From positions 4,222-68,221 of IMG/VR virus record IMGVR_UViG_3300045988_069682: DNA of 64,000 nt. One strand, 5' to 3'. The stretch's first letter is position 1. The number at the start of each line of letters is the position of its first letter. Positions 52,291-60,643 of this stretch are shown here, piece by piece. Made by a program: the position numbers and the translations under genes. This DNA comes from a virus. The notes beneath the pieces were generated by a model. That model saw nothing but the letters and a program-made list of their open reading frames with translations. It had not been told where the DNA came from and did no database searches.

Positions 52291-52324
52291 GAGGCTGAGA
52301 TAAAACTCAGCCTCTGATTTTTTT
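52291..52324 (+). terminator. intrinsic terminator
   Basis: GAGGCTGAG-N6-CTCAGCCTC followed by TGATTTTTTT. Confidence 0.75.
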
Positions 52325-52403
52325 ATGCCGTGTTTTAAACAGCCGTTAAATGCGACTGCTTAAAACGCTGCATAAGCGTAATTTTAATTAAGGAGGTGTG
52401 ACT

Positions 52404-52646
52404 ATGCAAAAAATAACCGTGTCGAAAGTAGAAATTAGGCATCAGTATGTAGACGAACTGATGCTGTTTTGCTCTAAAAGCGAACCGCTTGATAGACGTT
52501 GCAAGCATTTCGGGAAAATGAAAGTGTATGGGGAATTGCTCAATAGAGTTCCATACAGAGATATAAAAAGAATGTGCAAAGTTTGCGGCGTTCCGCAAAC
52601 GGATGTAGACGATATATTAAAGCTTTTCAAAAGCTTGGGATGTTAA
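52404..52646 (+). CDS. early hypothetical protein
   Basis: AGGAGGTG RBS with ATG at 52404. Confidence 0.6.
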   Translation: MQKITVSKVEIRHQYVDELMLFCSKSEPLDRRCKHFGKMKVYGELLNRVPYRDIKRMCKVCGVPQTDVDDILKLFKSLGC

Positions 52647-52658
52647 GGAGGTGCAATC

Positions 52659-52880
52659 ATGTTGCTTTTGGAAGATTTTTTGAACAGTCTCCCCAAAACT
52701 AAGAAGAAACCGCCTAAAGACACTACTAAGGCGGTTTATCTTGATATTGGTCGTGAATCAAGTCGAGCTTATATTGTGTCCGACCAGGTATCTTATTACG
52801 GCAAGGGTAACTCTTGGGTTGAAAAAGTTGCCCTTAAAAAAGGCGGTGTCACTTTTAAGTGGCATCATAAGGAGGTGTAA
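52659..52880 (+). CDS. early hypothetical protein
   Basis: AAGGAGGTG RBS. 73 aa. Confidence 0.6.
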   Translation: MLLLEDFLNSLPKTKKKPPKDTTKAVYLDIGRESSRAYIVSDQVSYYGKGNSWVEKVALKKGGVTFKWHHKEV

Positions 52881-52882
52881 TC

Positions 52883-53056
52883 ATGGAAGAAAAAATCGTA
52901 TTTGTAGGCGGAGCTATTACCTTTCTTAGCTTTGCTGTTGGCGGTGTAACAGTGCTTACACCGTTATACAAGTATGCTGTTTACGGTATGCTTGTAGGCT
53001 TTGCGATTATTGTATTGGGACTCTTGGTAGATGCTTTTAAAGGAGGTGAAAAGTAA
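52883..53056 (+). CDS. 57-aa two-TM membrane peptide (not in track)
   Basis: AAGGAGGTG RBS. MEEKIVFVGGAITFLSFAVGGVTVLTPLYKYAVYGMLVGFAIIVLGLLVDAFKGGEK. Confidence 0.55.
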   Translation: MEEKIVFVGGAITFLSFAVGGVTVLTPLYKYAVYGMLVGFAIIVLGLLVDAFKGGEK

Positions 53057-53307
53057 TGAAAAAGCATGATGAATGGGCAGCAGCAGCATGGTGGGGCTAT
53101 AATAGCGGCATTGCTATTCTTGACCCAACGGCTGAGAACTATGAGGATGCCTTCGCTGACGGCTATGTAAAGTGCATTGCCTTTGATGGCGATACACAGA
53201 CTCGCCCAACATGGCATAAGGTTTGCTACAATCGCAATGGAGAACCGTATTTTACGAAATACGGCAGACGCTACTATCTGGACGAAATGCAGCGTTGCAA
53301 CTACTAA
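53056..53307 (+). CDS. early hypothetical protein
   Basis: Its ATG overlaps the upstream TAA. AAAGGAGGTG RBS. Confidence 0.6.
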   Translation: MKKHDEWAAAAWWGYNSGIAILDPTAENYEDAFADGYVKCIAFDGDTQTRPTWHKVCYNRNGEPYFTKYGRRYYLDEMQRCNY

Positions 53308-53336
53308 TAATTAATTATTCTAAGGAGGATTTTATT

Positions 53337-53513
53337 ATGAAAAACAACTTTCGCTTCAAACAAATCATTAAACTTCAATCTCTTTTGGTTAAAAGTGGTA
53401 AAGGCTCTAAGCCCAGCAGCAATTTGCTGATTACTTGGTTAAAGGTATATGCGATTGTAGACCCATGGGAGTTTGCATATCGTATTCCAGCATCTGCGGA
53501 ACAACTGTTCTAA
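53337..53513 (+). CDS. early hypothetical protein (58 aa)
   Basis: AAGGAGGA RBS. MKNNFRFKQIIKLQSLL... Confidence 0.5.
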   Translation: MKNNFRFKQIIKLQSLLVKSGKGSKPSSNLLITWLKVYAIVDPWEFAYRIPASAEQLF

Positions 53514-53601
53514 GCTTTCGGCCTATTTGCAGTATATCGGCTTATGTCGGTATATTGCAGGAGTGGTCGAACACTCAGATATTAGAAAGGAGGTTCTGAA
53601 T

Positions 53602-53808
53602 ATGGGAAAAGAATGGAATATTGAAGTCCCTAAGGAATTAGCTCAAGTAGCTAAAATCTATCTCAATGTCGTTGGCGTTAAATGGCATTGCCACGAGTAT
53701 TCTGATACTCATCATTTGCTTTATTACACAGAACCAGCAGATATTGATTTGCAATCTCAAGTGCAATATGTCCTTGAAACCATTAGTTCTGTGCGTGTCA
53801 AACATTAA
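53602..53808 (+). CDS. early hypothetical protein
   Basis: AAGGAGG RBS. MGKEWNIEVPKEL... Confidence 0.55.
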   Translation: MGKEWNIEVPKELAQVAKIYLNVVGVKWHCHEYSDTHHLLYYTEPADIDLQSQVQYVLETISSVRVKH

Positions 53809-53822
53809 AGGAGTGACTGATT

Positions 53823-54056
53823 ATGACAAACAAAGCGCGGTTTAAACAAATTGCTAAGTTGGAAAATTTGATGTGGATTGCAATGCAAAGCAATCTGGAG
53901 GCTATGAAAGGCAAAAAAGAGGAATCCGATAAAAAAGCCCTCTTTTTTAAAGCCCTTCGCAACTGCTCTGTTGTAAATAAAACTAGAGCTATCTTGTGTC
54001 TTGAACTTGACAACCTCGCCTCCACAGACGGCTATTACTATCGTAAGGAGGTGTAA
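53823..54056 (+). CDS. early hypothetical protein
   Basis: AAAGGAGTG RBS. MTNKARFKQIAKLENL... shares an N-terminal motif with 53337..53513. Confidence 0.55.
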   Translation: MTNKARFKQIAKLENLMWIAMQSNLEAMKGKKEESDKKALFFKALRNCSVVNKTRAILCLELDNLASTDGYYYRKEV

Positions 54057-54058
54057 AT

Positions 54059-54946
54059 ATGGACTACGAGCAGTTAATTTATAAATGGATTCAAAAGCAT
54101 TATCCAGAGGGCATTGACATTTACGCTGATTATCGTGATGAAATCAATGCAGAAACAGTTCAAGAACTCTTGAACGCTCCCTATGATTCTTATACGGCGT
54201 TCTGGGAATGGCTTGATGAAGCCTATTGGGAAACTATGGACGACGCTCAACACGATGCCTTTGGGGACATGATGGACGATTTAGAAATCGACGATGAAGC
54301 ACAGTATGATTTCAAAGACGAGTTTTTCGACTACTTTAGAGATAACTGCCCTTGCAATGAACCAACTGACCACTTTTTAAATCAGTCTTTTTGCTGTGAT
54401 ATTTTTATTGATTCCGGTAACTGGAATTACGATTGCAGCTGCGAGGATTATGGTAGCAATTATTACGCTTCCTTGTACAAAAATGATAGAATCAGCGATA
54501 TTCAAGCTGAAAGTTCTATCCTCTGGCTCGCTAGAAAACAAGGTTATAGCAAGCTCAAGCTTTACAACTACCTCTACAAGAGAAGCTACGCTAAGAAGCA
54601 TCCTAGCAAGTTCTTACGTAGTGTAGACCAAGAGCTTGCTAATATAACCAGCAATATGAATGTGCTGACATTTGCTACAACATTCACTCTGGAAGAGCTT
54701 TTAAGATTACACACCGACGATAAAAATGAGCCGTTAAGAATATCTAAAGCCACATCTTGCGGATTATTTGACCCATTCAACGGTGGCGGTTCAGTTCTTG
54801 AAATAGAGCTTGAAAAGGATATTGTAATCGACCGCAAGTGGGTTGGAGGTATTTATTTGGATGATGCTATAAGAAGAGCAAGCCCACTCTGCTATGGCAT
54901 TGATGATGTATATGGCATGTTGGATAGTTTTTGGGAAAGAGGTTAA
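54059..54946 (+). CDS. highly acidic 295-aa early protein
   Basis: AAGGAGGTG RBS. D/E/Y/W-rich N-terminal half (...DEAYWETMDDAQHDAFGDMMDDLEIDDEAQYDFKDEFFDYF...). Confidence 0.65.
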   Translation: MDYEQLIYKWIQKHYPEGIDIYADYRDEINAETVQELLNAPYDSYTAFWEWLDEAYWETMDDAQHDAFGDMMDDLEIDDEAQYDFKDEFFDYFRDNCPCNEPTDHFLNQSFCCDIFIDSGNWNYDCSCEDYGSNYYASLYKNDRISDIQAESSILWLARKQGYSKLKLYNYLYKRSYAKKHPSKFLRSVDQELANITSNMNVLTFATTFTLEELLRLHTDDKNEPLRISKATSCGLFDPFNGGGSVLEIELEKDIVIDRKWVGGIYLDDAIRRASPLCYGIDDVYGMLDSFWERG

Positions 54947-54951
54947 CTATA

Positions 54952-55230
54952 ATGCTTAAATTCAGAATTATCATAAACTTTAAGAGTTCAGCTACTCTTG
55001 ACGATGTAAAGTTGAATCGTCATGTAATCAACGAGTTGCAGGAAAAATGCTTGGCTTTTGCTTCAAGCAGTATGTTTGAAATGTTTAACGACATGCAATG
55101 TCGAGTTGACATTAACGCGTACAATGTAGCAATCGCGGGTAATTTAACCCGGTATTTGTTGGGCTGCGACAACGTAGACACTTACTACATAACTAGAATT
55201 AACGATTATCTGCCCAAAACTAACGATTAA
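54952..55230 (+). CDS. early hypothetical protein
   Basis: ATG at 54952 (MLKFRII...) with an AAGAGG RBS. Confidence 0.5.
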   Translation: MLKFRIIINFKSSATLDDVKLNRHVINELQEKCLAFASSSMFEMFNDMQCRVDINAYNVAIAGNLTRYLLGCDNVDTYYITRINDYLPKTND

Positions 55231-55295
55231 GCGCAAACCCAGCGTCCTACAAGTTAGGGCGTTGGAGGGGTTGCTTAACCCAAGAAAGGAGGTGC
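55222..55295 (+). repeat. conserved structured intergenic element, copy 1
   Basis: AACGATTAAGCGCAAACC, then a variable hairpin, then AGGGGTTGCTTAACCCAAGAAAGGAGGTG. Confidence 0.7.
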
Positions 55296-55300
55296 TGAAC

Positions 55301-55885
55301 ATGGTTAACAGTGAGTTATACTTTAAAATTCTGGGCAAAGCCGCTAATAAAATAGCAGATTTGCCGCTGGCTGAGCTTTATGGAGCAGACAACGCTCTTG
55401 AGTTTAGCCAATACGGATTGACTGAAAAAGAGTCAGAGAAACTCTTTGCAAGTGTAAAGCTGGCGAAAGAGCTTCTTAACGCCAAAAGGGAAGAAAAACC
55501 TTATTTGGCTAACGCAGGAGAAGCAGCAAAATACCTTATGCCGCTTTTGCGGTATGAAAAAAGGGAGCAGTTCTGGGTTTTGACCTTAAATGCTCGAAAT
55601 CATGTCACTGATGCAAAAGCAGTGGCGCAAGGCAATTTAAACAACTCCCTTGTACACCCAAGGGACGTTTTTAAATTCGCATGTTTGAGAGATGCAGCCA
55701 GTATTATTGTAGCGCATAATCATCCGTCAGGTGAGGTATCACCTAGTCTGGATGACCAAAAGCTTACTAAATGTCTTGTTGCCGCTGGTTCTTTTATGGG
55801 CATCCCGGTATTAGACCACATAATCATCGGAGACGGTATTTATTACAGTTTCCAAGAAGATGGAGCATTGCCAAAGGAGGATTAG
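55301..55885 (+). CDS. radC: RadC-like JAB/MPN domain protein
   Basis: ...SIIVAHNHPSGEVSPSLDDQKLTKCL...GIPVLDHIIIGDGIYYSF. Confidence 0.85.
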   Translation: MVNSELYFKILGKAANKIADLPLAELYGADNALEFSQYGLTEKESEKLFASVKLAKELLNAKREEKPYLANAGEAAKYLMPLLRYEKREQFWVLTLNARNHVTDAKAVAQGNLNNSLVHPRDVFKFACLRDAASIIVAHNHPSGEVSPSLDDQKLTKCLVAAGSFMGIPVLDHIIIGDGIYYSFQEDGALPKED

Positions 55886-55887
55886 TT

Positions 55888-56196
55888 ATGTATAAGTTTA
55901 GAATATGCTATGAAGGTCAAGGGCAAGGTTGCGGTTTTGATAGTTTTATACCTGCCTACAATGCGTATTTAGCATTATTGAGCCAGTTCCGAGACACAGC
56001 TCTTTTAATTGACAAAGACTTTTGCAAGGCACGCGTTATTTTTCCCTGTGCATACGTTAAGTTCTGGTTAGAGATTTGGAGCGAGGAGAGAAACCAGTAT
56101 AGCACCGTTTTCAACGACGATATTTATTCTTATATCTGCGATGACATTGAAAATGTTTTGATTGAAAACGGCGGCAAAAACTTGAAGGGGGAGTAA
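55888..56196 (+). CDS. early hypothetical protein
   Basis: AAAGGAGGA RBS. MYKFRICYEGQGQG... Confidence 0.55.
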   Translation: MYKFRICYEGQGQGCGFDSFIPAYNAYLALLSQFRDTALLIDKDFCKARVIFPCAYVKFWLEIWSEERNQYSTVFNDDIYSYICDDIENVLIENGGKNLKGE

Positions 56197-56200
56197 AAAA

Positions 56201-56395
56201 ATGCCTAGCAAAGTTACGGTCTGTGTCAATGGTCAAGAAGTCACTTTAAGCTTGCACACTACTACGCAAGGTACTTTCGTGAGTCTGCAAAACTGTTATT
56301 CCATGTGTTATGTCGGCTATGAGTTCGACGAAATGATAGATGCTTATATTGAGCATCTGAGAAAAATTGCTCAAGAAATGAAAGGCGGTGAATAA
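56201..56395 (+). CDS. early hypothetical protein
   Basis: 64-aa ORF with a GGGGGAG RBS. Confidence 0.5.
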   Translation: MPSKVTVCVNGQEVTLSLHTTTQGTFVSLQNCYSMCYVGYEFDEMIDAYIEHLRKIAQEMKGGE

Positions 56396-56396
56396 T

Positions 56397-56783
56397 ATGA
56401 CAGCTAAATTGAGTCACAGTTCAATTATTGACGCTCTGGAAGAGTTAAGCCGTAATGATTTAATCTCCATCCACAATGATTATTGTCAGGCAAACAGCTA
56501 TTACGATGAGTTTATTTATCAAAATTGTGAATACGAGCTTGGAGTTTATTTGGGGTTCACCCAAGATTACCTAGAGGCATTCAAGGCGGGCTACGATGCT
56601 TATAAGAGCGGCTACAGACTCGTCGACGATTATTTCCATGATGACCGCTTAGGTAGCATGGAAAGTTGCAATAGACCAGAAGATGACTGGATTGACACTG
56701 ATGATATAGCCGAATGGTTAGAACGCAACTTCACTGACGAAGAAATTGCCCAAAAATTAGATATTGATTTAGAGGAGGAATAA
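56397..56783 (+). CDS. acidic early protein
   Basis: ATG at 56397. D/E/Y-rich, ending in DIDLEEE. Confidence 0.55.
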   Translation: MTAKLSHSSIIDALEELSRNDLISIHNDYCQANSYYDEFIYQNCEYELGVYLGFTQDYLEAFKAGYDAYKSGYRLVDDYFHDDRLGSMESCNRPEDDWIDTDDIAEWLERNFTDEEIAQKLDIDLEEE

Positions 56784-56871
56784 TCATGTTAGAACCCGGT
56801 GATATTATTTTTTGCGACAACGTAAATTACAAATCTGCAAGGAGAAAACATTAACAAGGAGGTAGTATTTT

Positions 56872-57168
56872 ATGGATTATTTAGAAATTGTATCTTATGA
56901 ACGCCAATCAAAATACGATACAAAAGTTATTTTGAAAATAAATCGCGGCAGTGACAAGTTGCTTTTTAGAGTTGAACACCCATACGTTCCCGACGACGCA
57001 AAATATTTCACCTGTTATGTAGACTATGTTTTCAACTACAGAGTCTACGCTATTGGAGAAAAATATAAAGAGCCTTTTTCTTCGAGTTATCGGTTCGATG
57101 ACCGAAACGACAGAATTATCGCCGACATAAGGAAAGTAGTAACTCCATTCGTTAGGAAAGTTCGCTAA
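56872..57168 (+). CDS. early hypothetical protein
   Basis: AAGGAGGT RBS. 98 aa. Confidence 0.6.
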   Translation: MDYLEIVSYERQSKYDTKVILKINRGSDKLLFRVEHPYVPDDAKYFTCYVDYVFNYRVYAIGEKYKEPFSSSYRFDDRNDRIIADIRKVVTPFVRKVR

Positions 57169-57184
57169 TTTCATTGCTCGAATA

Positions 57185-57259
57185 AACGATTAAGCGCAAA
57201 CCTAGCACATCAGCTTCGTTGGTGTGCTAGAGGGGTTGCTTAACCCAAGAAAGGAGGTG
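57185..57259 (+). repeat. conserved structured intergenic element, copy 2
   Basis: Same 18-nt 5' block and 29-nt 3' block as copy 1. The central hairpin has a different sequence but the stem is preserved. Confidence 0.7.
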
Positions 57260-57265
57260 TCAATT

Positions 57266-57520
57266 ATGGAACGCAGGTACAAGTATCTTGTTAAGGCGAT
57301 TGCTAAAATGCCAAAGCACGATATGGGCAACGGATATTATGTGCAAGTGTCGTATGACACAAGTGACGATACCGTATTGTCAGACTGGCACGTTTCTCTT
57401 GGATTTAACGAGTGGTGTCAGTATCACAACCCCAGTATCATTTTTGTTGGCAATTATACCAAAAAGATAAGCAAAAAAGAGCTTATCGAACACATTGAAG
57501 CTGCTATAAGGAGGGATTAA
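57266..57520 (+). CDS. early hypothetical protein
   Basis: AAGGAGGTG RBS. MERRYKYLVKAIAKMPKHD... Confidence 0.6.
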   Translation: MERRYKYLVKAIAKMPKHDMGNGYYVQVSYDTSDDTVLSDWHVSLGFNEWCQYHNPSIIFVGNYTKKISKKELIEHIEAAIRRD

Positions 57521-57521
57521 C

Positions 57522-58070
57522 ATGGAATTACGAATCAAAGGACACTTAAACACAATAACCACCTACAACAATGGTCATACAACGCTGACTCTGAAAGAAG
57601 AGGATTTACTCAAGTTGCAGGAAGCCATAGACTTCCATTATTTCGACCAGGATTTTCACAACTTTCTGGAGTTGGAACATGAACCAACATGCTTTTCAGA
57701 TGGTTGTGAACTGTCAACGCTCAAAAGATTCTGGGAATTGTACAAGGATGCGCAAGATGTGAATATCGCTGAATGGGACACATTTAAAAGTGCTTACGAA
57801 GCGGCAAAAGGCATAGATGGTTTTTGGTGGCCTTGTTCTAATTGCGGCTGTGATGTATTTGGGGAGTGGCCCGAAGTAGACGCTAACGGCAATGTATATT
57901 GTGACGCTTGCGCAGAAGAAGTTCTCGGTTACTGTGATTACTGTGATGAAAAGGTGTTGCTCAACAAGCTTTACCCTTTCAACCAGAACGACAAATTCAT
58001 TTGTCAAGAATGCTTGCTGCAAGGTATTGAGAACGGCACCTTTGAGATTAAAGAAACGGAGGAAGAGTAA
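57522..58070 (+). CDS. early protein with C-terminal multi-Cys zinc-ribbon cluster
   Basis: WWPCSNCGCDVF...VYCDACAEEVLGYCDYCDEKV...FICQECLLQG. Confidence 0.6.
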   Translation: MELRIKGHLNTITTYNNGHTTLTLKEEDLLKLQEAIDFHYFDQDFHNFLELEHEPTCFSDGCELSTLKRFWELYKDAQDVNIAEWDTFKSAYEAAKGIDGFWWPCSNCGCDVFGEWPEVDANGNVYCDACAEEVLGYCDYCDEKVLLNKLYPFNQNDKFICQECLLQGIENGTFEIKETEEE

Positions 58071-58072
58071 TT

Positions 58073-58702
58073 ATGGGAAACAGAGCAGTTATTATCAGCA
58101 AAAAGGATATGAAGAACGGGAGAATCTCCCCTAACCAAATCGGAGTTTACTTGCACTGGAATGGCGGTCGTGATAGCGTGGAAGCTTTCTTGAGATATTG
58201 CGAATACAAAAACTACCGTACTCCAGATACCGACTGCTATGGCTGGGCAAGACTCTGCCAAGTAATCGGCAATTTCTTCGGCGGTAACACAAGCCTTGGC
58301 ATCGATGTTGCAAAGAACCTTGATTGCGACAATGGAGATAACGGCGTTTACATCATCGAAGGTTGGGAAATTGTCGGACGCAAATATTTTAACAGCAAGG
58401 AGCAAGACCACTATAGCATGTTTGATATGTTGTATGAAATTGATTCCGCCCAGCCTAAAGCGGAACAGCTTGGTAAAAAGTTTTGGGCTGCTGAAGAACT
58501 GCCACCAGAAGCAATGGATGTTGGCGATGAAGTTTTTATCAGAAACTGGGACGGAACATACTCGCTAGAAAAAATAGTGGGTTACAGCAATGATTTTCAA
58601 TCTACTCCCTGTTACGAGCGAAACGGTAAGCAAATCCCGATTATGTCCTCTCTAGGCGGAAGTTATACGGATGATGTTTTCAGAGTATTGAAACAACTTT
58701 AA
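58073..58702 (+). CDS. early hypothetical protein (209 aa)
   Basis: GGAGGAAG RBS. MGNRAVIISKKD...IGVYLHWNGGRDSVEAFL... No function recognised. Confidence 0.65.
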   Translation: MGNRAVIISKKDMKNGRISPNQIGVYLHWNGGRDSVEAFLRYCEYKNYRTPDTDCYGWARLCQVIGNFFGGNTSLGIDVAKNLDCDNGDNGVYIIEGWEIVGRKYFNSKEQDHYSMFDMLYEIDSAQPKAEQLGKKFWAAEELPPEAMDVGDEVFIRNWDGTYSLEKIVGYSNDFQSTPCYERNGKQIPIMSSLGGSYTDDVFRVLKQL

Positions 58703-58786
58703 TATGATTTAGTCTATTCACAGCCTACAAAATTAGATTTGTAGGTTGTGGCAGTGATTAAATCACTGGGAAAGAAGGAATAAAAA

Positions 58787-59119
58787 ATGAATATTCAAAT
58801 CATCAACCTGTGTCCGCACGAAATTAATATTAAGGACGCTAATGGTAAGCTGTGGAATCTGCCACCTAACGAGACTCCGGCAAGAGTGCTGACAGACTTT
58901 TGCCCTTCATTTTACGTCGGTGCAATAGGCGTGTTTACTAGACGTTTCATTGATAACGTCGACTTGCCACCAGTAACAGACGGCACAATGTATATCGTTT
59001 CGCGGCAAGTTGCCACCTTCAACCCCAACAGAAGAGATTTAATGGTTCCCGGAGCCACTTATACGGAAAACGGCACCACTTATTGCGTAGGTTTAGAGAT
59101 TATCGAAGGGAGGCGCTAA
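58787..59119 (+). CDS. early hypothetical protein
   Basis: 110-aa ORF. NLCPHEINI...GTMYIVSRQVA...RRDLMVPG pattern. Confidence 0.6.
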   Translation: MNIQIINLCPHEINIKDANGKLWNLPPNETPARVLTDFCPSFYVGAIGVFTRRFIDNVDLPPVTDGTMYIVSRQVATFNPNRRDLMVPGATYTENGTTYCVGLEIIEGRR

Positions 59120-59121
59120 TT

Positions 59122-59490
59122 TTGGAACGTGAATATGAATTTGATTATGGTTTTTGGGGAATGTATCCGAATGTTTTGGCATGTGGTGAGAAAGCGTTTG
59201 AGCTGCTTGGAGAGCACTTTGAAGTAAGCTCTTTAGAGCTTTCTGATATTGAAGATGCTGCCAAGTGGGATGTTCTCTCTGCTTTAGCAGAAGCTGAACG
59301 CCAAGGTAAAAATCCTTTTTATGATTCAGAACCGTTTATATTGTCTAATTTAATAAACCAGTATAAATTAGACCACTTAATTGCCTATATTTGCAGAACC
59401 CAAGGATTGGATGAAGATGACTTCGAGCACGATGCCTACAATGACGGCACGCTAGTTGATGTGCGCTATAAAGGCGAAGTTATTGCATAA
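59122..59490 (+). CDS. acidic early protein (TTG start proposed)
   Basis: TTG at 59122 sits 8 nt after GGGAGG. The first in-frame ATG is further downstream. Confidence 0.45.
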   Translation: MEREYEFDYGFWGMYPNVLACGEKAFELLGEHFEVSSLELSDIEDAAKWDVLSALAEAERQGKNPFYDSEPFILSNLINQYKLDHLIAYICRTQGLDEDDFEHDAYNDGTLVDVRYKGEVIA

Positions 59491-59506
59491 AAGGAGGCGG
59501 AAACTG

Positions 59507-59980
59507 ATGAAAACTTATAAAACTTACAAAGATTTATACGATTATATTGAAATTGACAAGAACACCAACAGACACTCACACTACAGAAAGGGTGTGCTTA
59601 CTATTGCCATGATGATGTTGGAACCTATTATATCTAGCAAGCCAGATTCTCCATTGCCCACCAGTTGGGATGTATTAAAAGACGATTTGTTGAACGGCGC
59701 TGACAATTTTCGCCAGTACGCTTTCACAGGTAATCCCTATGCGTATGACGAGGATATAGCGAAGCTGCTTCTTTCTCCGTCGCTCTACAAACGCTGGAAC
59801 GGAGGTCATTATATTCCGGGCCACCAAAAGGCTCAAGACATGACGTTTCTCGATATGCAATATTTCGCCATTCGCCGTGCGTTTAACGTCATCAAACAAA
59901 TATATAAGATTCTCAACGCGAAACAAAGAAGAGTGCATATTTATCTCCCCTGTAACTTGAAAAACCCCGAGATTGTGTAA
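59507..59980 (+). CDS. early hypothetical protein
   Basis: AAGGAGGCGG RBS. MKTYKTYKDLYDYIEID... Confidence 0.6.
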   Translation: MKTYKTYKDLYDYIEIDKNTNRHSHYRKGVLTIAMMMLEPIISSKPDSPLPTSWDVLKDDLLNGADNFRQYAFTGNPYAYDEDIAKLLLSPSLYKRWNGGHYIPGHQKAQDMTFLDMQYFAIRRAFNVIKQIYKILNAKQRRVHIYLPCNLKNPEIV

Positions 59981-60058
59981 ACTTTTAGGGCATCACTTCA
60001 TTGTGATGCCCTAAGGGAGCTACACAAGCTCAAAAAAATATTTAAGGAGGAACTTATT

Positions 60059-60643
60059 ATGAGAGAGTTCAACGTATGTGTATCAAACTACTCCGAGTAT
60101 TTGAGAAGCGGAGTAAACCAATCCATCTTTATTAAGCTGCCTTGCGACAACATTAAGGGAGAGATTGCAAAAATCGGAGTGTATCTTGAAGATGTTGTTC
60201 CAGATGCCGTAGAAGTTGACACTGTAGCATACGCCTGCGACCTTAATTTATTCAAGGAATATATTATTGACGCAACCGTAAGAGGCAAAGCTGATATTTT
60301 CGAGATTAATTCTATCGCAAGGAAACTTGCGGTATTATCCGACGAAGATGTTGACAAACTGGAGCTGTTTATGAGCGCCAACACTATTCTGATTGCAGAT
60401 TTAGACCTTGCTCTTAATGATTTTCGTAACGCTCAATACTACGAGGCTCTAGGATACCAAAGTCTTGCCGAAATACTTTTGGAAGAAGGGTATTTTGACG
60501 ATATTTTTGGAATTAAATACAGCGAACTGCCAGAGAAGCTCGCTCAGTACATCGACTTAGATTCACTTGCAGATGACTTTTTATGGGACGATTTTCAGAA
60601 GAGTCCATCTGGTGAACTCTTTTTAAAGCGAGGCGAAAAATGA
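60059..60643 (+). CDS. ardA: ArdA-like antirestriction protein
   Basis: N-terminal VCVSNYSEYLRSGVNQSIFIKLPCD compares with Tn916 ArdA VYIANLGKYNEGELVGAWFTFPID. Acidic C-terminal ...LPEKLAQYIDLDSLADDFLWDDF. Confidence 0.6.
   Translation: MREFNVCVSNYSEYLRSGVNQSIFIKLPCDNIKGEIAKIGVYLEDVVPDAVEVDTVAYACDLNLFKEYIIDATVRGKADIFEINSIARKLAVLSDEDVDKLELFMSANTILIADLDLALNDFRNAQYYEALGYQSLAEILLEEGYFDDIFGIKYSELPEKLAQYIDLDSLADDFLWDDFQKSPSGELFLKRGEK

Noticed and set aside
56786-56853. 22-aa ORF (MLEPGDIIFCDNVNYKSARRKH) after the acidic protein gene
   Set aside because: It is too short and there is no independent support. It is noted only as possible translational-coupling debris.
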